The translations under genes were made by a program, and so were the position numbers. Source: Phycisphaeraceae bacterium (GTDB taxonomy: Bacteria; Planctomycetota; Phycisphaerae; Phycisphaerales; Phycisphaeraceae). Taken from it: DNA of 64,000 nucleotides. Where the stretch lies: NCBI GenBank assembly GCA_963674705.1, contig OY771506.1, positions 5,024,001-5,088,000 of the forward strand. Reading direction: 5' to 3'. This document shows positions 58,507 through 64,000 of the stretch, piece by piece; the stretch's first letter is position 1, and every line of letters starts with the position of its first letter. The notes below the pieces were generated by a model. The model was not told the DNA's origin and did not search any database. It worked only from the letters and a program-made list of their open reading frames with translations.

Positions 58507-58938
58507 ATGATCCCGCATACCGATGTGTTATGCAGGAGAGAACCACTGGCCCGTAAAAAACCAACACGAAGAAAGAAGCTGCGCACACGCCTGATGCCCC
58601 TTGCGCGCCGCCGCATGTTGGCTATCCGGATGACGTGGGCGGTCGTGGCGCTGCAGGGTGCGTTGCTGTTGACACTCGCGCTGACGCCAAGCGATCCGCC
58701 GGACGGCCCGCACCTGCTGCAACTCATCTGGGCATCCATGCATCGCCCGACGTTCTACCCGCTTATCGCGCTGCTGTGCGCCGGCCCACCTCTGACTTTC
58801 TTAGCCTGGCGCTCACGCGGCGAACACCGGGCCGTACTTATTCTTAGCTGGATCGTTTTCCTCGCCGTCATGTCAACGGCATTCGGCGAACGATCGCTGG
58901 TGATGCTGCGCATCCTCTGGTGGCACGTGAATCAATAG
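58507..58938 (+). CDS. Hypothetical membrane protein (about 3 TM helices)
   Basis: Basic N-terminus followed by hydrophobic helices. Start uncertain. Confidence 0.55.
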   Translation: MIPHTDVLCRREPLARKKPTRRKKLRTRLMPLARRRMLAIRMTWAVVALQGALLLTLALTPSDPPDGPHLLQLIWASMHRPTFYPLIALLCAGPPLTFLAWRSRGEHRAVLILSWIVFLAVMSTAFGERSLVMLRILWWHVNQ

Positions 58939-58955
58939 AAGTGTTTTTGCTTTGT

Positions 58956-59082
58956 CCCATCTCCCCTTGGGAGAAGGTTAGGATGAGGGCCGGGTTGATT
59001 ACGCGATCTTATTCGCAAACAAGAACCAAATAACACTGGCCCTCACCCCGGCCATATTCCGGGGGCTCCCGAGGGCAGAGGG
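58956..59082. repeat. Degenerate inverted CCCTCTCCC/GGGTGAGGG element
   Basis: Same family as 22481-22598, with mismatches and an insertion in the right arm. Confidence 0.7.
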
Positions 59083-59095
59083 TGGTAAATCAATG

Positions 59096-60334
59096 TCACG
59101 CACCAACGCGTCGTGTCAACAACGCAGCAACACCAATCCCCAACAGCCCCAACATCCCCGGCTCGGGCAACCGTGCGATGAACGCTTCGGTCTCGCCGTT
59201 GGGATTGATACCTGTGCCTACGACGGTCAAACCGTCGGCTGATATCCCGGTCGCTTCGATGAGAGTCCAGCCTGTCAGGTCCAGGCCGAGGTCATTAGTC
59301 AAAACATCATGCAGGAATCGCATCCCCTCATCAGCCGACCAGATATAGGCCCGGTACTTACCTGATTCATTTATATCCGAATCACTCTTTCCAACAACAA
59401 CCGATCCGTCTGCTGAGATTGCGGCCACATAGTTATCAAATGCGAAGTGATAATAAGGATCGTAAATAAAGCCCAAACCAACCATGTCACCCTCTGCTGT
59501 CCAGTAAAAGGATTCACTGGCGGGCCTGCCGTAGTCCTCTGAGCTACTGTTACCAACGACGACCGAACCATCCGCCGACACCGCGATCGCCCCGCTGCCG
59601 GGTACATGTACACTCGAGGGCAGCATGCCAAGTTTGTTAAAGCCTGTCGATGCATCCCAACGATATGCCACGCCGCCATAAGCGTAATTCGGCGTATGAT
59701 TACACCCTCCCACAATGACCGATCCATCTGCTGATACCGCTTGCCCACTGGAGAACCCTTCCTGGTTTGGAATGTTCGGGAATAGAGGATATCCAATATT
59801 GACGATGCCGGTATCAGCCGTCCAGTAAAACGCTCGCTTACCGAATGTGCTGTTGCCTTCCTCATACCCGCTGCCGACAATCACCGAGCCGTCTGCTGAA
59901 ATGCTGTTGGCTGTGCTCCATTCATAACCGCCGGGTATGTCACCCAGCCCGACCATGCCATCATTCAAGGTCCAGACAAAAGCTTCGCCTTCAGAATTAG
60001 CGATCGATCCACGTGATCCTTGACCCACGATCACCGAACCATCCGCAGAGACATCGTTCGCTACGCTGTTAAACGGCCCGCCGGGCAGGTCGCCCAAGCC
60101 GATCATGCCTTGCGACAGCGACCAGTAAAACGCTTCGGTCCCCGAAGCGGATTCGGATGAACCAACCACAACAAGACCGTTATCAGATACAGCCGTCGCG
60201 GCGCTATTGAATACACCACCCGATAGATCACCCAGCCCATGGAACGAAGCGGCCGCGCCGAATGTGTCAGTACCCAGGCCCGTGCAAACAGATGCGCTGA
60301 CCATAAAACAAATAAGTGAATGTTTAAACCGCAT
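59096..60334 (-). CDS. HAF-type extracellular repeat protein with PEP-CTERM
   Basis: Repeats of SxAxxVSADGSVIVG...EAFxW...GMVGLGDLPGG. Ends LPEPGMLGLLGIGVAALLTRR. Confidence 0.88.
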   Translation of the reverse strand: MRFKHSLICFMVSASVCTGLGTDTFGAAASFHGLGDLSGGVFNSAATAVSDNGLVVVGSSESASGTEAFYWSLSQGMIGLGDLPGGPFNSVANDVSADGSVIVGQGSRGSIANSEGEAFVWTLNDGMVGLGDIPGGYEWSTANSISADGSVIVGSGYEEGNSTFGKRAFYWTADTGIVNIGYPLFPNIPNQEGFSSGQAVSADGSVIVGGCNHTPNYAYGGVAYRWDASTGFNKLGMLPSSVHVPGSGAIAVSADGSVVVGNSSSEDYGRPASESFYWTAEGDMVGLGFIYDPYYHFAFDNYVAAISADGSVVVGKSDSDINESGKYRAYIWSADEGMRFLHDVLTNDLGLDLTGWTLIEATGISADGLTVVGTGINPNGETEAFIARLPEPGMLGLLGIGVAALLTRRVGA

Positions 60335-60382
60335 GAATCTTCCCCTCTTGAATGGATCAGGATCGATCAATCGTACGAATAA

Positions 60383-61531
60383 TCACAACAACGAGCCACG
60401 AACTCGCCGCTTAAATAACGCCAAGACACCGGCGCCTGATATCAACATCATCCCGGGCTCGGGGATGACAGCGATAAACGCTTCTCCATTGCCATCAGGA
60501 TTGGTCCCACTGCCGACGATGGTCAGCCCGTCATCCGAAACACTATAAGCCGTGTAAAGTTCCCAGCCGGTCAGGTCCAGGCCGAGATTTGTCAGGATAT
60601 CCTGCAGGTAGCGCGCACCGTGCACCTCATCCCAGATAGCTGCCCGAGGCGGGCCATCCACAAAACTATCGCCCACGATAACTGAACCATCAGCCGACAC
60701 ATCAAACGCACGCGAGAATTCAATCGCACTACCCGGTGAGTGTAATCCCACGTAACCCAGGCTATCGGTCCAGCGGAACGGATAAAAGCCGGAGTAATCC
60801 GTGTAGTACCCCACGATGGTGGAACCATCTGCGGATAGACCGGTTATCAATGAAGCGAAGTACAGGTTCACCATGCCTGTATCTTCAGTCCAGCGGAAAC
60901 CTGCATAATACTCGTAGTGTTCATCGGGATCAGAATACGATGACCCGCCGACGATGACCGATCCATCCGCAGAAATGCCGTATGGATAGCTATTAAATTC
61001 ACCCCCCGGCAAGTCACCCAAACCGACCATCCCGTCGGCTTCCGTATACCGGAACGCTTCGGTCCCCAACGCAGACTTTCTGGACCCGACAAGCGTCAGC
61101 CCGTCATCCGACATCGCTCGGATAGCGACCTCATACTCACCGCCGCCCAGATCGAGCTCTACCATGCCCGTACCGGCTGTCCATCGAAAAGGCACTGCGC
61201 CAGATTCCGTGTTGGCCCAGCCGATGATCACCGAGCCATCACCGGAAACCGCACTGGCGCCGCTGTCAAAATCGCCCCCAGCCAGATCACCCAGCCCCAC
61301 CAAGCCACCTTCCAGCGTCCAGTAAAAAGCTTCACGGCCCGACGCGGAGGTGCTTGTACCTACAACAAAACGCCCATCCGCCGAAAGACCCCTGACATAA
61401 CTATCAAACTCCCCGCCCGGTAGATCACCAAGACCCTGAAAGTAAGCCGTCGTTCCGAAGACTTCAGTACTAAGGCCTGCAGAAATAAATACGAACATCA
61501 CGAGCCGGAGAATAGTAAGCTTGCGCCACAT
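60383..61531 (-). CDS. HAF-type extracellular repeat protein with PEP-CTERM (tandem paralog)
   Basis: Same repeat type. Ends IPEPGMMLISGAGVLALFKRR. Confidence 0.88.
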   Translation of the reverse strand: MWRKLTILRLVMFVFISAGLSTEVFGTTAYFQGLGDLPGGEFDSYVRGLSADGRFVVGTSTSASGREAFYWTLEGGLVGLGDLAGGDFDSGASAVSGDGSVIIGWANTESGAVPFRWTAGTGMVELDLGGGEYEVAIRAMSDDGLTLVGSRKSALGTEAFRYTEADGMVGLGDLPGGEFNSYPYGISADGSVIVGGSSYSDPDEHYEYYAGFRWTEDTGMVNLYFASLITGLSADGSTIVGYYTDYSGFYPFRWTDSLGYVGLHSPGSAIEFSRAFDVSADGSVIVGDSFVDGPPRAAIWDEVHGARYLQDILTNLGLDLTGWELYTAYSVSDDGLTIVGSGTNPDGNGEAFIAVIPEPGMMLISGAGVLALFKRRVRGSLL

Positions 61532-61720
61532 AGTGAAGAACCCCTCGGTAACCAATGCAGGTTATGTAAGCATGATGAATATCAGCAGTTGCTTTACGAA
61601 CACCTGGATAAAAATCCCTCGAAACAGTCGAATTGGCTGGCCAATATAAACCGCAGCAGAACCTATATGGTAATGGGTCCGCCACGTATATTCAATACTA
61701 ACCCATGTAAAGAAAAAGTT

Positions 61721-62048
61721 TAGCCACCGATGAACACGGATAAACACGGATAAGAATCAGAAGAGCAGGAAGTGTCCGCAAATCACAAGGATTACACAGA
61801 TTTTTATGACGGAAAAGTATGTGCAAGTCGGGTTTACCCCCTCTCCCCGTGGGAGAGGGCCGGGGTGAGGGCCGGATTGAATAAATGCACGAATGACGAC
61901 TTTACGAATGACGAAAGAATGTCGAATTTCAAATGAAGAATGACAAAGTTGAATCATTGAGCATTCGTCATTTGAACATTCATTCGACATTCGACATTCG
62001 ACATTCGTGCATTCGACATTATTTACGATCCGTGTTCATCCGTGGCTA
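61721..62048. repeat. Nested stack of 10-mer, 9-mer, palindromic and 7-mer repeat elements
   Basis: Outer arms TAGCCACCGATGAACACGGATAAACACGGAT / ATCCGTGTTCATCCGTGGCTA enclose three other repeat types. Confidence 0.85.
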
Positions 62049-63256
62049 CTTCTTTCCCCCTCCGCCGCTTTCGCTTCGCCTTCCGGTTTTTCGAGTTGCG
62101 GATGCAGGTGGATGTCGCCTTTGAGCATCATTACCGCCCCGATCAGGGCGTAGATGATCAGGTACACGCGGATCATCACCAACATACTCACGAGCTGGTT
62201 GGCATCCGCTAATTGTGATGGCAAAAGCATCGCGACCGCCAACGCTTCCATCACGCCCAAACCCTGATACGTCAGCGGCACGCTGCCTGCAAGGAACAGC
62301 ACCGGCAACACGGTCAACATCAATCCCGCGGACAATCCCATCCCCAGCGACCAGCCGGCGCACGTGGTCGCCATCGACTGAGCGATGTGGACCGGCAGAC
62401 TGATCAGGATCGTGATAAGGATCACTTTCTTATGATCGCGATACGTGGCGGCGGCATCATCAAGACGCACGAGAATATTGCCCGGCCCCATGCGGTCGAT
62501 CAGCTTCTGCAAGCCGATCTTGTTGCGCACGCGGCGGGCAAAGTAGAGATACGCCACCACAAAGAACGAGAAGAACCCTAACCAGATCAGGACGGTCACG
62601 GTCAGGACCAGCTTGCGTAGATCGTCATCGAGTTCGCCGCGCAGCAGCATGACCAATCCCGCGATGCCGGCCAGCATCACCAGCCCGAGCAATCCTGCCG
62701 CACGGTCGAAGATAACGCTCATCACCGCGATGCCGCGCTGCCCGCTGCCCTTGGCTGCGTAGTAGGCCTTGACGACGTCGCCCCCGGTCATACCGGGCAT
62801 GCAGAAGTTGAAGAACTGGCCGACCATCGTCAGGCGGAACGCACGCGCATACGACACGCGCATCCCCCGGCAGCGCATCAGTAACCACCACCGCAATGCC
62901 TGGATCGGGAAGATCGGCAGGATCAACGCCAGGCCAAGCAGCAATAGCCACCAGTTGGCCCCATGCATAAGCGAAATAATGCCGGGCTTGTGCCGGGGTT
63001 TGTCAGCCGTGACCGTGTCCACGGGTACGTAAACCGTGAAGGTCTTACCCGTCTCGGGCCATTGCAAAACGTATTGCTCGCCCGGCTCCACCGCCTTGAC
63101 CGGCAAAACGACTTCCTGCTCAAGTACCTTGCCATCTTCCAGCGTGTAGCCGGCAGGCAGCAGGACCTGATCGCTCCAGGACAGCGTCCAGACGATATAC
63201 CCGATACCGAGTGCGGCGAGGATGAGTCGTAATGTGATCGAGACGAATTTTTTCAT
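62036..63256 (-). CDS. Lysylphosphatidylglycerol synthase TM domain / flippase-like (YbhN/UPF0104) protein
   Basis: ALRWWLL, GQFFNFCMPGMTGGDVVK, SVIFDR, QGLGVME. Confidence 0.85.
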   Translation of the reverse strand: MKKFVSITLRLILAALGIGYIVWTLSWSDQVLLPAGYTLEDGKVLEQEVVLPVKAVEPGEQYVLQWPETGKTFTVYVPVDTVTADKPRHKPGIISLMHGANWWLLLLGLALILPIFPIQALRWWLLMRCRGMRVSYARAFRLTMVGQFFNFCMPGMTGGDVVKAYYAAKGSGQRGIAVMSVIFDRAAGLLGLVMLAGIAGLVMLLRGELDDDLRKLVLTVTVLIWLGFFSFFVVAYLYFARRVRNKIGLQKLIDRMGPGNILVRLDDAAATYRDHKKVILITILISLPVHIAQSMATTCAGWSLGMGLSAGLMLTVLPVLFLAGSVPLTYQGLGVMEALAVAMLLPSQLADANQLVSMLVMIRVYLIIYALIGAVMMLKGDIHLHPQLEKPEGEAKAAEGERSSHG

Positions 63257-63270
63257 GGACTGGTTGTTAG

Positions 63271-63302
63271 AGCCTTTAGCCTTTAGCCATTAGCCGTTAG
63301 CA
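63271..63302. repeat. Heptamer array TTAGCCN
   Basis: AGCCTTT-AGCCTTT-AGCCATT-AGCCGTT-AGC, the reverse complement of the TGGCTAA arrays at about 3490 and 8105. Confidence 0.7.
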
Positions 63303-63439
63303 CAGAGTTTAGACCACTGGCTCTTCTCGTGAAACCGGGCACCAAGCCACCATGCGCGGTCACGTTAGCGTATATCGGCAAAGCCCGCGACGCGACACCA
63401 CTGCTCACACAACAGACCAATATGGGCTATGCTAGGTGG

Positions 63440-64000
63440 ATGTCGACTTTCGATCCTAATCTGGAACCGCCCGGCGACTGGCAGGCGCCCTACGGCCAGC
63501 CGACCCCGCAAGGCACAAACCCAAACGGGCCGGCCGCCGCTGTATGGGTATGGGTCTGCGGCGCGGTGCAAATGCTGATGTCCGGCTGTTGTGCTTTGTC
63601 AGGCATGGTCATGATGGTGGTCGACCCCGCAGAGATCACCAAAACACTACCGCCTGACATGCCGAACCGGGACGAGTTCGTCCAGATGATTCCGATGCTG
63701 GGCCCTACCATACTTGTCGGCAGCCTGGCCCTGCTGTTTGTGCCCGCATTGATCCTGTGCATCCTCGCGTTCTGGGTACGCAGAGGCGGCAAAGCGTCCA
63801 CGATCACGTGTATCGTGATCCTGGGTATTCAAAGCATGGGTGTGGCGCTGATGCTGCTGCAATATCTCTATGCACTGTTCGTGCTTCAAGCCGTCGCGAT
63901 GATCATCATGGTCGTCATACTCGGCTTGATACTCGCATTGTTCGTTAAGACAATTTTTGAATTGATCGCGGTATTGCGTTCAGCATCAAACTCACAGGAT
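63440..64000 (+). CDS. Hypothetical membrane protein (partial, runs off the window)
   Basis: Missing from the ORF track. MSTFDPNLEPPGDWQAPYGQP...AAAVWVWVCGAVQMLMSGCC...LAFWVRRGG, about 4 TM helices, open to the window end. Confidence 0.7.
   Translation, partial: MSTFDPNLEPPGDWQAPYGQPTPQGTNPNGPAAAVWVWVCGAVQMLMSGCCALSGMVMMVVDPAEITKTLPPDMPNRDEFVQMIPMLGPTILVGSLALLFVPALILCILAFWVRRGGKASTITCIVILGIQSMGVALMLLQYLYALFVLQAVAMIIMVVILGLILALFVKTIFELIAVLRSASNSQD

Noticed and set aside
61721..62048. CRISPR array
   Set aside because: The repeats are 7-10-mers in inverted arrays with no constant 25-40 nt repeat and unique spacers, and there are no cas genes.
61757..62124. Small ORFs 61757-61990 and 61933-62124
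   Set aside because: They are translations of heptamer and palindromic repeats (IRHS/FDIRH periodicity), not genes.

Overview
GC-rich bacterial chromosomal window, inferred to be Planctomycetota (probably Phycisphaerae) from the LEPRxLL protein, many PEP-CTERM proteins and a sulfatase. Housekeeping content: rpmF-plsX-fabH-fabD-fabG-acpP-fabF, yidC, mnmE, smpB, uvrB, thyA-folA, a lone nuoA, an hscB-like gene and four tRNAs (Leu-TAG, Ala-CGC, Glu-TTC, Val-TAC). Accessory content: eight PEP-CTERM-tailed ORFs and five copies of a conserved dockerin-like double repeat (VGLDDLD) on unrelated catalytic or repeat domains. There is also an octaheme cytochrome c / cytochrome b / ArsR module and a GH32-HAD-GT4 (mannosylfructose/sucrose-type) cluster. 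The most striking non-coding signal is a population of small elements whose arms are inverted arrays of 7-, 9- or 10-mer tandem repeats or REP-like palindromes. One 'full' copy carries a four-helix-bundle gene inside the fab operon. Several copies are empty, four types are nested in one 330-bp stack, one has an arm read in-frame inside folA, and two composite copies bracket a 4.5-kb cargo block as direct repeats. No transposase, integrase or CRISPR array is visible. All calls come from reading the sequence by eye; no database searches were run.
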